A stretch of DNA of 64,000 nt from an uncultured Clostridia bacterium. GTDB lineage: Bacteria; Bacillota; Clostridia; TANB77; CAG-508. The translations under genes and the position numbers were made by a program. The notes under the pieces are model-generated. The model made no database searches. It had not been told where the DNA came from and worked only from the letters and a program-made list of their open reading frames with translations. The stretch covers positions 137,924 to 201,923 of the forward strand of contig CANQWQ010000002.1 of NCBI GenBank assembly GCA_947627595.1, read 5' to 3'. Position 1 is the stretch's first letter; each line of letters opens with the position of its first letter. This document shows, piece by piece, positions 1-12,335 of this stretch.

Positions 1-1
1 G

Positions 2-985
2 GAAGAATATGTTAAAAAAATAATCGAAAATGGTTATACATATTCAACAGATGACACAGTTTATTTTGATACTTCAAAGCTTGATAAATATGGAGTTTTA
101 TCAAATAGAAAAGTAGAAGATCAAAAAGCCGGTGCTAGAGTTGAGTTTGATACAGGAAAGAAAAATATTTCAGATTTTGCTTTATGGATTAGAGCTCCTA
201 AAGAACACATTATGCAATGGGATTCATTTTTTGGAATGAGTTATCCTGGTTGGCATTTAGAGTGCTCTGCAATGAGTTATAAATATTTAGGAGACCACTT
301 TGATATTCACACAGGTGGAATTGATCATATTCCAATTCACCACGAAAATGAAATTGCTCAAAGTAAAGGTTTTTCTGGAAAACAACCTGTTAATTATTGG
401 ATGCATTGCAATTTCTTACTAGTAAATGGTGAGAAAATGTCTAAGAGCTTAAATAATTTATATACTTTAGATGATTTACAAGAAAAAGGTTATGAGCCTT
501 TAGTTTATAAAATGTTTAATTTTACTTCAAATTATAGAAGTCAAATTAACTTTACTTGGGAAGCTATGGATAGTGCTAAAACAGCCCTTGCCCGTTTAAG
601 AGAAGGTTATTTAAAACATAGCGAAGGAACTGAAAGTGTATCAAGTGACGTTATAAAAGATTATGAAAATAAATTTTTAGATGCTGTAAATGATGATTTA
701 AATATGCCAATGGCAATGAGTGTTGTTTGGGATATTGTTAGAAATCCTATTAAATCAAAAGATTTTCAAAAATTGCTTTTAAAATTTGATGAAGTTTTAG
801 GATTAGATTTAGAAAATTACAAACCTGAAGAAGTTAAACTTCCAGAAGAAATTCAAAAATTAGTAGATTTAAGAAATGAAGCTAGAAAAAATAAAGACTG
901 GGCTGAGTCTGATAGATTAAGAGATGAGCTAGTTCAAAAGGGCTACACAGTTAAAGATACTAAAGAGGGGACAGTTGTTGAATAA
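2..985 (+). CDS. cysS: Cysteine--tRNA ligase, C-terminal portion (5-prime end lies outside the window)
   Basis: Frame-2 ORF open from window start; KMSKS motif (KMSKSL) and class-I aaRS anticodon-binding tail; ORF track 212..985 is its 3-prime part. Confidence 0.85.
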   Translation, partial: EEYVKKIIENGYTYSTDDTVYFDTSKLDKYGVLSNRKVEDQKAGARVEFDTGKKNISDFALWIRAPKEHIMQWDSFFGMSYPGWHLECSAMSYKYLGDHFDIHTGGIDHIPIHHENEIAQSKGFSGKQPVNYWMHCNFLLVNGEKMSKSLNNLYTLDDLQEKGYEPLVYKMFNFTSNYRSQINFTWEAMDSAKTALARLREGYLKHSEGTESVSSDVIKDYENKFLDAVNDDLNMPMAMSVVWDIVRNPIKSKDFQKLLLKFDEVLGLDLENYKPEEVKLPEEIQKLVDLRNEARKNKDWAESDRLRDELVQKGYTVKDTKEGTVVE

Positions 986-2046
986 TGGTTAAATTACTTG
1001 AAAAAGGTAAAGATGAAAAAAAATATAAAGAGTTTTTAGAAAGTCATCCTAGATGCAATTTTCAACAATCTCTTGAATGGGGAAATGTTAAGACTTCATG
1101 GATAAAAGAGGTTATTCTATCTACTGACAAAAATGGAAAAATAAAAGGTAGCCTTTGCGTTTGGGTTAGAAAAATTCCTATTTTTGGAAATATTATGTAT
1201 GTTGCACGTGGACCTGTTTGTGATTTACACGATAAAGAAGTTTTAAAAGACTTAAAAGAAGGCTCTGATATTTTAGCTAAGAAATATAAAGCCTTTGTTC
1301 TTAGAATGGAGCCTGATGTAGAAAAAGATGACAAAGAGTTCCGTGAAATAGTTGAAGATTTAGGCTTTAAAATAAAAGATGACAGCAAAGATTTTAAAGA
1401 CGAAATTCAACCTAGATTTGTCTTTCAACTTGATTTAAGAGGAAAAGACAAAGATACAATATTTAATGAATTTCAATCAAAAACTAGATATAATGTAAGG
1501 CTTGCTATCAAAAAAGGTGTTGAAATTAAAGAAGGAAATAAAGAAGATTTAAAAGATTTCCATAAAATTATGGTTGAGACTGGAAAAAGAGATAACTTCT
1601 TGATTCGTTCACTTTCATATTTTGAAAAAATGTATGATGAGCTTGTACCTGGTGGACACATGAAAGTTTTAATGGCTTATCATGAAGGTCAGCCAATAGC
1701 TGGAATTATCCCAATTATTTATGGAAATAAAACATGGTATTTATATGGAGCTAGTAGTAATTCAAAAAGAAATCTTATGCCAAACTATTTACTTCAATGG
1801 ACAATGATTCAAGAAGCAATTGACAAAGGCCATGATATGTATGACTTTAGAGGTGTAAGTGGAGTTGTTGATGAAAATCATCCACAATATGGATTATATA
1901 GATTTAAGAAAGGCTTTAATGCTAGATTTGTTGAGTTTATCGGAGAAGTTTATCTTCCATATAAACCATTAAAATATAAATTATATAAATTTGCTGAAAA
2001 GAGTTTTAGAACTTTAAGAGGACTTAAGAAAAAATTCATGAAATAA
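985..2046 (+). CDS. FemAB-family peptidoglycan interpeptide-bridge aminoacyltransferase
   Basis: 353 aa, N-terminal region typical of FemABX/MurM family (acyl-CoA N-acyltransferase fold pair); adjacent to a racemase-like cell-wall gene. Confidence 0.65.
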   Translation: MVKLLEKGKDEKKYKEFLESHPRCNFQQSLEWGNVKTSWIKEVILSTDKNGKIKGSLCVWVRKIPIFGNIMYVARGPVCDLHDKEVLKDLKEGSDILAKKYKAFVLRMEPDVEKDDKEFREIVEDLGFKIKDDSKDFKDEIQPRFVFQLDLRGKDKDTIFNEFQSKTRYNVRLAIKKGVEIKEGNKEDLKDFHKIMVETGKRDNFLIRSLSYFEKMYDELVPGGHMKVLMAYHEGQPIAGIIPIIYGNKTWYLYGASSNSKRNLMPNYLLQWTMIQEAIDKGHDMYDFRGVSGVVDENHPQYGLYRFKKGFNARFVEFIGEVYLPYKPLKYKLYKFAEKSFRTLRGLKKKFMK

Positions 2047-2071
2047 TTTCTTTTTTGTAAGGAGTTTTAGT

Positions 2072-3162
2072 TTGAAAAAAGTTGAAATAAGCAAAGATGA
2101 TTTAAGATATAATTTAAAATATATAAAAGAAAGATTAAATGGAAAGTCTGATTTAATTGTTGTTGTTAAAATTAACGGAATGGGAATGGACTTAGTCAAA
2201 TATACAAAGTTTTTATCAGGCGAAGGAGTAAATTTCTTTGCAGTTGCAAATTCATATGATGCAATAACTTTAAGAAAAAATGGAATCGATAAAAAAATTT
2301 TATTGATGTCTGAAGTTATTAATAAACAAGAATTGACAGACTTAATCAAAAATGATATTATTCTAACTATTGGAAATTTAGAAGAAAAACAGCTTATTCA
2401 AGAGATTGCTAAGAGTTTAGAAAAAAGTGTAGAAGCACATATAAAAATAGATACAGGTTTTGCAAGATACGGCTTTTTATATAATGATAAAGATATATTA
2501 GAAGCTGTAAAACCTACTGAAAATCTTAAAATAACAGGTTGTTTTACACATTTTTCTGATCCTTCAGATAAAAATTGGACAAACATTCAATTTTCAAGAT
2601 TTAAAAATTTAATTCCAAAAATTAAAGAAATAAACAGTGAAGTTAAATTTCACTGCTGTGCTTCAACTACTTTCTTATCATATGAAGAAATGTGGCTAGA
2701 TTATGTTAGAGTTGGATCATGTATGATTGGAAGAATTTGGGTAGATGGAGTAGATTTAAGAAAAATTGGAAAATTTAAAACCGAGATTATTACAATAAAG
2801 AATGTTCCAAAAGGTTATAATATTAGTTATAATAATGAATATAAAATAAAGAAAGATTCCAAAATTGCAGTAATCGGAGTCCGGCTATATTGATGGATTT
2901 AACCTAAGAAAAGATAAAGATGTTTTTTCATTAAAAGATAAAATTTTAACTTGTTTAATGGATTTCAAAAAAATATTTATAAAAAATTCTTTAAAAGTTG
3001 AAATAAAAGGAAAAACTTATAATGTTATACGGAAAACTTGGAGCAAACCATGCAGTTATTGATATTACTGGAACAGATGATATAAATGTAGGTGATGAAG
3101 TAACAATTCTAGATTATTATCCAGCTTACATAAATTCTGATATAGAAAGGGAGTATATTTAA
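2072..3162 (+). CDS. alr: Alanine racemase family (fold-type III PLP) protein. Reading frame needs two +1 shifts at in-frame CGG codons 2882-2884 and 3030-3032
   Basis: PLP-lysine motif VVVKINGMG, HIKIDTGFARYGF, and after the shifts AVIGVGYIDGF and NVIGKLGANHAVIDITG..VGDEVTIL, matching Alr C-terminal domain order; otherwise split into 2072..2893 plus unannotated tail. Confidence 0.55.
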
Positions 3163-4209
3163 TTGGAAACTGAAAAAATAGGATTTTTTAAAAGAGTTAA
3201 AATGGCAATTTTCAATTTAGAGAAATATGGCACATTTGCAAATGAAAAATTTTCTAAAGCTTTAAAATATTTAATCTTATTAATTGTAATAGTTACAGTT
3301 TGTCTAGCCGTTACTTCTGTTATAAAATTAGATAAACAAGTTGGAAAATTAACTAGTTTTATAAAAAGTGAAGAGTTTCCAGATTTCAAATTAAAAGATG
3401 GAAAGCTAGATGCTAAGTCAAAACTTAATTCTTATGATAGAGAATATGATGGAAAACTTATTATTGATACAACAGAAGACTTACCTGATGAAACTCTAAA
3501 AGAATATAAAAAAGAGGGAAAAGAAGTTAGCTACACAGTAATTTTCCTAAAAGATAAAATAGTTTACAGATTTGATATAAACTCTGATAATTGGTATGAA
3601 ACAACATATAATAACGCTACTACAATGTTTGGAGTTAGTGAGTTAACTAAAGAAAAACTTGTTAATGATTATTTAAATGATGACGTAATCTTTCAATTAA
3701 GAGTAGTTTTATTTATATATGCGTTTATGACAATATTATTAATGAATATAGTTATTTTACTAGAAGACGTCTTAATTATAAGTATATTTGGATGGCTTTC
3801 ATCTAAGATTGCCAGAGTTTCAGTAAGTTTAACAAAGTGCTTTAGTCTAGGAATATATTCACTAACATTATCAATTATTTTGAGCACAATATATTCAATT
3901 GTTAACTCATTTACAGGATTTACAATTAGATATTTCGAAATAATGTATATGATAATTGCTTATATTTATATGATTGCATCAATCATGATAATGAAAGATG
4001 GAAACAAAACAGCTGGAGAAGCAGTTACAGTTGAAGGTGAAGTTTTAAAGACTGATGAAGAAAAAGAAGAAGATCCTATAAAAGAAGATAAAAAAGACAA
4101 AAAGAAAAAAATACCTGAAAAAGAAGATAAAGATAAAGAAGAAATTCCAGAAGATACTGAAAATAAAGAAGAATCTAAAAAGGAAAAGAAAAGCAAAGGA
4201 GATAAATAA
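3163..4209 (+). CDS. Hypothetical membrane protein with Lys/Glu-rich C-terminal tail
   Basis: TTG start, several TM segments, low-complexity KE-rich tail. Confidence 0.5.
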   Translation: METEKIGFFKRVKMAIFNLEKYGTFANEKFSKALKYLILLIVIVTVCLAVTSVIKLDKQVGKLTSFIKSEEFPDFKLKDGKLDAKSKLNSYDREYDGKLIIDTTEDLPDETLKEYKKEGKEVSYTVIFLKDKIVYRFDINSDNWYETTYNNATTMFGVSELTKEKLVNDYLNDDVIFQLRVVLFIYAFMTILLMNIVILLEDVLIISIFGWLSSKIARVSVSLTKCFSLGIYSLTLSIILSTIYSIVNSFTGFTIRYFEIMYMIIAYIYMIASIMIMKDGNKTAGEAVTVEGEVLKTDEEKEEDPIKEDKKDKKKKIPEKEDKDKEEIPEDTENKEESKKEKKSKGDK

Positions 4210-4211
4210 TA

Positions 4212-6048
4212 ATGGCAAAAGAAAAACCAAATAATAACAGAAATGATTCAAACAAATTTTACCTTATATTTTTTCCAATTTTAATTGTCGTAATTATTGT
4301 TAGTTTCTTAATATTTAGCTATTTCGAAGATAAATCAGAAGATGCTATGTCATATACCAAATTGCTTAACTCAATAACAGACAAAAAAGTTGAAAAAATA
4401 GAAATGACTACAGGAAGTACATCATTAAAAGTAATAATGAAAGGCGATAAAAAGGAAGAAGAAAGAACTGAAAAAGCTAATGTTCCTAGTCTTCAAGCTT
4501 TTATGGAATGGGTAAATGAAAAAATTGACAATGGTGAAATAAAAGAAAAAGAGATAAATATTGTTCAAAAGTCTCCAAATGCATTTGTTTCATTTTGCAC
4601 TGATATTGTTGCATATATCCCAACAATTCTACTTGTAGTTTTAATTGTAATGGTATTTAAAATGCAAGGACTTGGCGGTGATAGTGGAAAAGTTTATGGA
4701 AATGGTGAAGACAGTAAAAAGAGCAAAGTTAAATTTGATGATGTTGCTGGCTTAGAAGAAGAAAAAAGTGAGCTTGTTGAAGTTGTTGATTTCTTGAAAA
4801 AACCAGATGAATATATTAAGATGGGTGCAAAAATTCCAAGACGGTATACTTCTTTATGGAAAACCTGGAACTGGTAAAACTCTTATAGCTAAAGCAATAG
4901 CTGGTGAAGCTGGCGTTCCATTTATATCTATGAGTGGATCTGAGTTTATTGAAATGTTTGCAGGTCTTGGTGCATCAAGAGTTAGAAAACTATTTGAAAA
5001 AGCTAAGAAAATGGCTCCTTGTATCATATTTATAGATGAGATTGATGCTATAGGCTCTAGAAGAACTGGAAACAGTGGTGCTGAGAGTGAAAATAATCAA
5101 ACATTAAATCAGCTTCTTGTTGAAATGGACGGTTTTGAAACAAATGAAACTGTTATAGTTTTAGCTGCTACAAATAGACCAGAAATGCTTGATAAAGCAC
5201 TTCTTCGTCCAGGAAGATTTGATAGACAAATTACAATTCCTGCACCTGATTTAAATGGAAGATATGATATTTTAAAACTTCATAGTAAAGATAAAAAATT
5301 AGCATCTGATGTTGATTTAAAAGCAATAGCTGGAGATACAGCAGGATTTACTGGTGCTGAACTTTCAAATGTTTTAAATGAAGCAGCAATTATTGCTACA
5401 AAATCTAGACATGAAGAAATTCAAAATGAAGATATTGAAAATGCAGTTAGAAAAATTACTGTTGGTTTAGAGAAACATAACAGAGTTATTTCTGAAAATG
5501 ATAAAAAACTTACAGCTTATCATGAAGCTGGACATGCAGTTGTTAGTAGATTTTTACCATCACAAAAAGATGTTAAAGAAATCTCTATAATTCCTCGTGG
5601 AGTTGCTGGCGGATACACAATGTATAAAACAACTGAAGATAAATATTATATTTCAAGAAAAGAACTTCTTGAAAAAATGGTAGCTCTAATGGGTGGACGT
5701 GCTGCTGAGAAATTAGTTTTAAATGAAATTTCTACAGGCGCTAGCAATGACTTAGAAGTTGCTACTGGAATTGCTAGAGATATGCTTACAGTTTATGGAA
5801 TGAGTGATTCTTTAGGACCAGTTTCTTTAAAAGTTGAACAAGCTTATGAATTAGAATTATTTGGTGAAGAAGTTGTTAATGAAGTCGGAAATCAAATTCG
5901 TTTACTTATTGATAATGCTTATGTTACAGCTCAAAAGATTTTAAATGAACATCGTGAAGAATTAGATAGAGTTGCAGAAGCTCTTATTAAACAAGAAAAA
6001 ATTACAGCTGAAGAATTTGATAAATTCTTTGAAAATCCTGAAGACTAA
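4212..6048 (+). CDS. ftsH: ATP-dependent zinc metalloprotease FtsH. Needs a +1 shift at CGG 4842-4844
   Basis: Walker A LLYGKPGTGKT, second region of homology, HEAGHA zinc motif; N-terminal TM/periplasmic part is in ORF 4212..4877, fused by skipping C4842 (..KIPR|GILLYGKPGTGKT). Confidence 0.9.
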
Positions 6049-6075
6049 ATTCAGGATTTTCTTTTAGAGGTAAAT

Positions 6076-6939
6076 ATGAAAAAATTTATAGTAACAAGTA
6101 AATTTAATAATAAAAAACTTAGTGAAGCGGTTTTTTGGAATTTTCCAAATTTGAAACAGAATATGTTTTTTAAAGCATTAAGACAAAAGGATATTAAGGT
6201 AAATGGCTCTAGAGTAAAAGAAAATATAGTAGTAAATGAAGACGATAATATTGAAGTTTATATTTCAGATGAATTTTTATTAGGAGAAACTTTAGAGCTT
6301 GATGTCGTTTTTGAAGATGAAAACATTTTAGTAATTAATAAGCCTTCTGGAATTAGTGTTACAGAAGAAAAAGATTCTAATTCTACAACATTAACTAATA
6401 TTGCTAAAGATAAGTTTGGAAAAGAGCTAGAGCCTTGTCATAGACTTGATAGAAATACATCTGGTTTAGTTTTGTTTGCTAAAAATAAAGAGGCTGAAAA
6501 AATATTATTAGAAAAATTTAAAAATCATGAGATTGAAAAACACTATAAAGCTTTAGTTTATGGTATTCCAAAAGAAAACCATAAAATTTTAAAAGATTAT
6601 CTTTTTAAAGATAGCAAGAAAAATATGGTTTATATTTCTGATATTCAGAAAAAAGGATATCAAGAGATTATTACAGAATATACAGTTGTAAGTAAAAATA
6701 AAGATGAAAATACGTCATGTCTTGATGTAAATTTACATACTGGTAGAACTCATCAAATTAGGGCACATCTAGCATATCACGGCTTACCAATAATAGGTGA
6801 TGGAAAATATGGTGATAATCTAATAAATAAAAAATTTGATAAGAAATTTCAAGTCCTTACAAGTTATAAATTAATTTTTAAATTCAAGACAGATTCAGGA
6901 ATCTTAGAATATCTGAATGGAAAAGAAATTAGTTTATAA
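6076..6939 (+). CDS. RluA-family pseudouridine synthase
   Basis: HRLDRNTSGLVLFAK catalytic-Asp motif. Confidence 0.8.
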   Translation: MKKFIVTSKFNNKKLSEAVFWNFPNLKQNMFFKALRQKDIKVNGSRVKENIVVNEDDNIEVYISDEFLLGETLELDVVFEDENILVINKPSGISVTEEKDSNSTTLTNIAKDKFGKELEPCHRLDRNTSGLVLFAKNKEAEKILLEKFKNHEIEKHYKALVYGIPKENHKILKDYLFKDSKKNMVYISDIQKKGYQEIITEYTVVSKNKDENTSCLDVNLHTGRTHQIRAHLAYHGLPIIGDGKYGDNLINKKFDKKFQVLTSYKLIFKFKTDSGILEYLNGKEISL

Positions 6940-7021
6940 TTTTAAAATTTCCAAAAAAATGTATGGACAAGAAATAAAATTAAGGATACAATAAATATGT
7001 AAAATTTTATTTGGGTGGAGT

Positions 7022-8353
7022 TTGTTTATGACTGGTCAAAATAGACAAAAATCTCTTTCCGAAGTATTTAGAGAACTTGAAAGAGATAAAAATATACAAG
7101 TTCAAAAATACCAAAAAGATCAAAAACTTAAAGAAGAATTAAGCTTTTTTTACCATGTAAAACAGAGAACAAAAAAAGATAATATAATTCTTGTTTTGAT
7201 TGTTTTGGTTTTATTATTCGTGGTTTCATTGTTTTCAAGAAACTATATTTTTGCTGTAAATGTTGATGATGGACCTAAAAATGCAGTTGGAACATTTGAA
7301 AAAAACGAAGATCCTAGAGATGTTTATTCTATTTTGTCAGAGAATATGAGTAATTTACAACAAAAAGAAATTTTTGATATAGAACAAGAAATTGAATTTG
7401 AAACAGAATATATTTCAAATAAAGATATGCCAGATGGTGAGACAGTTACTATACAAGAAGGTTTCCCAGGAAGTAAAATTGTTACATATGTAACTAGTTA
7501 TGAAAATGGCTCTCCTATTGAACAAAATTCAATTGGAGAAGTAATGATTGCAGAACCACAAAATGAAATTATTGAAATTGGAACTTCACAAGTTTTAAAA
7601 GAATATAATGTACATATTGGTGATAGTTTATATGCTTCTAATGAATCTAGTCTTAAGAAAACTATCAATATAAATGCAGATGAATGGCTAATTATTCCAA
7701 GATATTATGATGTTAAACTACTTGAAATCATTGATGAATCTTGGTTTAAAGTATCATATAATAATAAAAATACTGGTTATATTCCAGTTCAATATTTAAC
7801 ATCAGAAACTTTATCTCCAGGAATTTCTGAGATTTCTAGAAAAACTAAAATTGTTGATAAAGTAGATATTAATATGGACTTAGGTAGACCTAGTGGAATG
7901 CTTTTAAGCGATTATGAAAGAATATTATCAAATCAACCTAGTGATGTAAATAATGTGTTTAAAGATAATTATATGGCTTTTTATGATGCTGAACAAAGAT
8001 ATGGAATAAATGGAATATTTTTAGCATCAATCGCAATTCATGAAAGTGGATGGGGAACATCTACAATATCATTAGATAAATATAATTTATTTGGATTTGG
8101 AGCTTATGATGGCTCAGCTTATCAATCATCTGTCACATTTAGCAGTTATGCTGAAGGAATTGATACTGTTGCACATTGGCTTACTTCAAACTATTTATAT
8201 CCAGCTGGAACTGTTTTAAGAAACGGTGAAGTAGCCAGTGGTAGATATTATAATGGTACAAGCTTAGGAGCTGTAAATGTCAGATATGCTTCAGATCAAC
8301 AATGGGCTAATAAAGTCTTTAGAACTATGCAAAATCTTTATTCAGAACTTTAA
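7022..8353 (+). CDS. Cell-wall hydrolase with G5 domain, SH3b-like domain and C-terminal N-acetylglucosaminidase (FlgJ/LytD-type) domain
   Basis: N-terminal TM anchor; G5-like block (TVTIQEGFPGSKIV..EVMIAEPQNEIIEIGT); HESGWGTS..YNLFGFGAYD glucosaminidase signature. Confidence 0.65.
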   Translation: MFMTGQNRQKSLSEVFRELERDKNIQVQKYQKDQKLKEELSFFYHVKQRTKKDNIILVLIVLVLLFVVSLFSRNYIFAVNVDDGPKNAVGTFEKNEDPRDVYSILSENMSNLQQKEIFDIEQEIEFETEYISNKDMPDGETVTIQEGFPGSKIVTYVTSYENGSPIEQNSIGEVMIAEPQNEIIEIGTSQVLKEYNVHIGDSLYASNESSLKKTININADEWLIIPRYYDVKLLEIIDESWFKVSYNNKNTGYIPVQYLTSETLSPGISEISRKTKIVDKVDINMDLGRPSGMLLSDYERILSNQPSDVNNVFKDNYMAFYDAEQRYGINGIFLASIAIHESGWGTSTISLDKYNLFGFGAYDGSAYQSSVTFSSYAEGIDTVAHWLTSNYLYPAGTVLRNGEVASGRYYNGTSLGAVNVRYASDQQWANKVFRTMQNLYSEL

Positions 8354-8369
8354 ATTTTAGGAGGATGTT

Positions 8370-9245
8370 TTGAAAAAGAGAACCAGAAGAAAAAGTAAAA
8401 ATAAAAATAAAAATAACAAAAGAAAATTTAATTTATATAATACAAAAGTCTTGATTCTAGCTGCTGCTATACTTGCTTTAGTTGTATTGACTTTAATATA
8501 CTTTAAAATAATTACTAAATATAGAAATGAAAGAATTTTTGCACTAGAAGCTTCAAAATACGCAAAAGAAATTGCTAACCCCATTTTTGAAGTTGATAAA
8601 ATATTAGTTTATAGTGGAGCAAATGTAGAAGATTCCAGCGAAAATCAAGATTTAACTAGAGTTGATGTTAGCCAATATACAGATTTTGCAATTTATATAA
8701 ATAATTTTCTAAAATCTGATAAATTGACAGAAGAAAATACTGTTAATAGAATATATATTAATAATATCGCAATTACTGCTAATCAAGAATTAGGAACTAG
8801 AAAGTTTTCTACAAAAAATATTGATGATTTAGGAAAATATATTTCTATCCTTGATACATCAAACGAAATAAAATATGACATTATTCATAGAAACAAAGAT
8901 AAAGATAAAATAGATAATAATAAAAGTTTTTATACAGATTGTTCAGAACCATTAATTCTTTCATATGTAAATGAAAATATTGTTCAATCTGTTGATGCAT
9001 CTGCTTCAGATGCTGTTGTTTCATTAGATGGATCAATTTTAAAACACCTTAATATTGGTTTAGACCAATTAAATTATAAATTAACATTTACAATAAATAT
9101 TGAAAATAATTTGGGCGAGCAATTCTTGTGTAATTGTAGCTTAGATATTGACTTAGGTGATGGAGCAAATGAAGGAATTTACTCTGGCTCTGTTATACAA
9201 TCTTTTGATTTATCAAAAGGTGATTATAAATTTAAGAAAGTTTAA
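8370..9245 (+). CDS. Hypothetical membrane-anchored protein (basic N-terminus, one TM)
   Basis: ORF with RBS, no recognisable motif. Confidence 0.4.
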   Translation: MKKRTRRKSKNKNKNNKRKFNLYNTKVLILAAAILALVVLTLIYFKIITKYRNERIFALEASKYAKEIANPIFEVDKILVYSGANVEDSSENQDLTRVDVSQYTDFAIYINNFLKSDKLTEENTVNRIYINNIAITANQELGTRKFSTKNIDDLGKYISILDTSNEIKYDIIHRNKDKDKIDNNKSFYTDCSEPLILSYVNENIVQSVDASASDAVVSLDGSILKHLNIGLDQLNYKLTFTINIENNLGEQFLCNCSLDIDLGDGANEGIYSGSVIQSFDLSKGDYKFKKV

Positions 9246-9262
9246 TATTCAAAAGATAATAT

Positions 9263-9763
9263 TTGAAAGGTAAAAAAATGGGTTTAACTGTAGCGTTAAT
9301 AGGTTTAATTTTTATAATAATAAGCCTGTTTGTTGTTTTTGGTTTATTAATCAAAGACATTAGAAATGGTGAATATAAAGTTAAAGATATTAGCATTTTA
9401 GGAAAAGAAGCAGAAGACAAGTTTGGAACTTTGTTTCCTGAAAATTCTATAGAAAATCTGAAAAATGAGATTCAGAAAATCACAGAATTATTAATATCTG
9501 GCGAAGAAAGTAATCGTTATACAGAAGCTTTAAGAAGAAAAGCCAAGAAAGATGAAAGAATCCAAGAAATTAGAGATGCAGTATTTGAAAGTGTTGAATT
9601 AGTTAAATTTGTTGATGATAATTTAAAAGCTAGAATTAAATATAAAGATTTTAAAAACACATATACCTTAATTTTAAGTTTTAATACAGTTACTAGTGGA
9701 AGAGTTTTCTTAAATGATTATTTTATATTTAAAAGCAAAATTGAATTTGAAAAAGTTTCTTAA
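9263..9763 (+). CDS. Hypothetical membrane-anchored protein
   Basis: ORF with N-terminal TM helix. Confidence 0.4.
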   Translation: MKGKKMGLTVALIGLIFIIISLFVVFGLLIKDIRNGEYKVKDISILGKEAEDKFGTLFPENSIENLKNEIQKITELLISGEESNRYTEALRRKAKKDERIQEIRDAVFESVELVKFVDDNLKARIKYKDFKNTYTLILSFNTVTSGRVFLNDYFIFKSKIEFEKVS

Positions 9764-9856
9764 AATTCTCTAGAGTTTCTAGGGAATTTTTTGTTTTTCC
9801 AATATTTGTATATTTTTTCAAAAACTAGTGAATATTATAAATATTGGAGGAAAAAT

Positions 9857-12280
9857 ATGGTTTATAAATTTACTAAAAGTGGCGAAAAAGTAATTGATTA
9901 CGCAAGTGATAGTGTCATTTATTTAGGCCATAATTACATTGGAAGTGAACATATTTTATATGGTTTAGCTAAAGAGCCAAATGGCTTAGCACATAAGATT
10001 TTAGAGAGTCAAGGGATTTATCCTGAATCAATATTAAGAAAGATTGAAGAAATCATTGGAAAATCAAATATAATAATGTCAAACGGAGTAGGCTTTACAC
10101 CTAGAAGTAAAAAGATTATAGAGAATGCTTATATTCAATCAAAACAAATGGGAGTTGATTTTATAAGTACAGAGCATCTTCTTATTGGGATTCTTCAAGA
10201 AGAGGAGTCAATTGCTTTTAAAATACTTCTTGAACTTAATTGTAATATGGAAAAACTCTATAAAAATATGGTTAATATTTTAAATGACTATGTTGAGGCT
10301 GATTTACAAAAGCAAGAGAAAACAACGGAAAAACTTGGAAAAACACTTTCACAGTTTGGAATAGATTTAACTTTAAAAGCAAAATCTGGAAAGCTAGATC
10401 CAGTAATTCGGAAGACAAAAAGAAACAGAAAGAGTTATTGAAATTTTATCAAGAAGAACGAAGAATAACCCCTGTTTAATAGGTGAACCGCGGAGTTGGT
10501 AAAACAGCTGTAATTGAAGGATTAGCAGAAAAAATTGCAAATGGGGATGTTCCAGATAATTTAAAAGACAAAAGAATTATTGTTTTAGATATTCCATCAA
10601 TGGTAGCTGGCGCTAAATATAGAGGAGATTTTGAAGAAAGAATTAAAAAGGCGATTTCAGAAGTAAAGGAATCTGAAGATATTATTTTATTTATAGATGA
10701 AATTCATGTAATAGTTGGAGCAGGTGCAGCAGAAGGAGCAATTGATGCTGCAAATATATTAAAACCAAGTTTAGCAAGAGGCGAGATTCATGTAATTGGA
10801 GCGACAACAATTAATGAATATAGAAAATATATTGAAAAAGATTCAGCACTAGAAAGACGTTTTGCTGTTGTAAATATTGATGAACCAAGTAAAGAAGAAA
10901 CTAGAGAAATTTTAATTGGCTTAAGAGACAAATATGAGGCACATCACAATATTCAGATAACAGATGAAGCGATAGATAGTGCTATTGATTTTTCTGTAAG
11001 ATTTTTGACAGATAAATTTTTGCCTGATAAAGCAATAGACTTAATTGATGAAGCATCTTGTAAAGCTAAATTTAGAGGAAATAAAAAGCCAAATGATTTA
11101 ATAAATTTGGAGGAAAAAATTTTACAATTAGAATCTGAAAAAGAAGAGGCTATAAATCTTCAAGACTTTGAAAAAGCTGCTAAAATTCGTGATGAGATCT
11201 CAAATAATAAAGAAAAATTTGATGAACAAAATAAAAAGTTTAATAATGGAACAAAGCCAAATTTAATAAGGCTTTTAAAAGAAGATGTTGCTGAAGTAAT
11301 AGCAGATTCTACTGGAATTGATGTTAGTAAACTTCAAGAAGATGAAGAAATAAAACTGAAAAATTTAGAGAAAAACTTACATGAAAGAGTTGTTGGTCAA
11401 AATGAAGCAGTATCAAGTATTTCAAGAGCAATTAGAAGATCAAGAGTCGGTTTAAAAGATGAAAAAAGACCAATAGGTTCTTTTATGTTTTTGGGCCCAA
11501 CAGGTGTTGGAAAAACAGAACTTACAAAAGCATTAGCAGAAGAATTATTTGGAGAAGAAGATAGTCTTATTAGAATCGATATGTCTGAATTTATGGAGCA
11601 AAATTCAGTATCTAAAATAATTGGTGCACCTCCTCGGATATATTGGATATGATGAAACAGGAGCTTTAACTGAAAAGGTAAGAAGAAAGCCATATTGTGT
11701 AATATTATTTGATGAAATTGAAAAAGCACATCCAGATGTTATGAATATTTTGCTTCAAATTCTTGATGATGGAAGATTAACAGATAATATGGGAAGACAT
11801 ATAAGCTTTAAAAATTCAGTTATTATAATGACTTCAAATATTGGTGCAAGACTGATTTTAAGCAAAAAGAAATTGGGCTTTACTGGAGAAATAACAGAAG
11901 AAATTCAAAACGAAAATTTGAAAAAAGAAGTCTTAAAAGAAGTAAAAGAGAGTTTTAGACCAGAATTTTTAAATAGAATTGATGAGATAATTGTCTTTAA
12001 AAGACTTGAAAACGAAGAGTTTAAAGAGATTACTAAAAATATGCTAAAAGGCGTCTCAAATAGACTTAAGAAACAAAATATAATATTAAATTTTGATGAA
12101 AGTGTTGAAAATAGAGTAATCTCAGAACTTAAAGAACCAGAGTTTGGAGCAAGACCAATTAGAAGATTAATTCAAAATTTGGTTGAAGATAAAATTGCTG
12201 ATAAATATATTTCAGGTGAACTAAAAGAAGATATTAATTTAACAGCTTTTTTTGAAGATGAAATTTTAAAAATAAAATAG
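9857..12280 (+). CDS. clpC: ATP-dependent Clp protease ATP-binding subunit ClpC. Needs three +1 shifts at CGG 10409, 10491 and 11635
   Basis: Clp N repeat domain, two AAA modules (GEPGVGKTAV.. and [10 protein letters not shown]..), UVR-like linker, GAPPGYIGYDE motif restored only after skipping the C of each CGG; track shows three separate ORFs 9791, 10483, 11621. Confidence 0.9.
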
Positions 12281-12335
12281 GCTTAAAAGGTAGGCAAATT
12301 CTTGCTTATCTTTTTTGTTTATTTCTTGAATTATA

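Noticed and set aside
3966-4251. Phe/Ser-rich minus-strand ORFs 3966..4196 and 4045..4251
   Set aside because: They are the mirror image of the GAA/AAG-rich Lys/Glu tail of the plus-strand gene 3163..4209 and are not independent genes.
4807-4877. Classical programmed frameshift or slippery heptamer (dnaX/prfB type) at the ftsH, clpC and other junctions
   Set aside because: There is no slippery X XXY YYZ motif, Shine-Dalgarno stimulator or stop codon at the sites. The only common element is the in-frame CGG followed by a Gly codon in +1.
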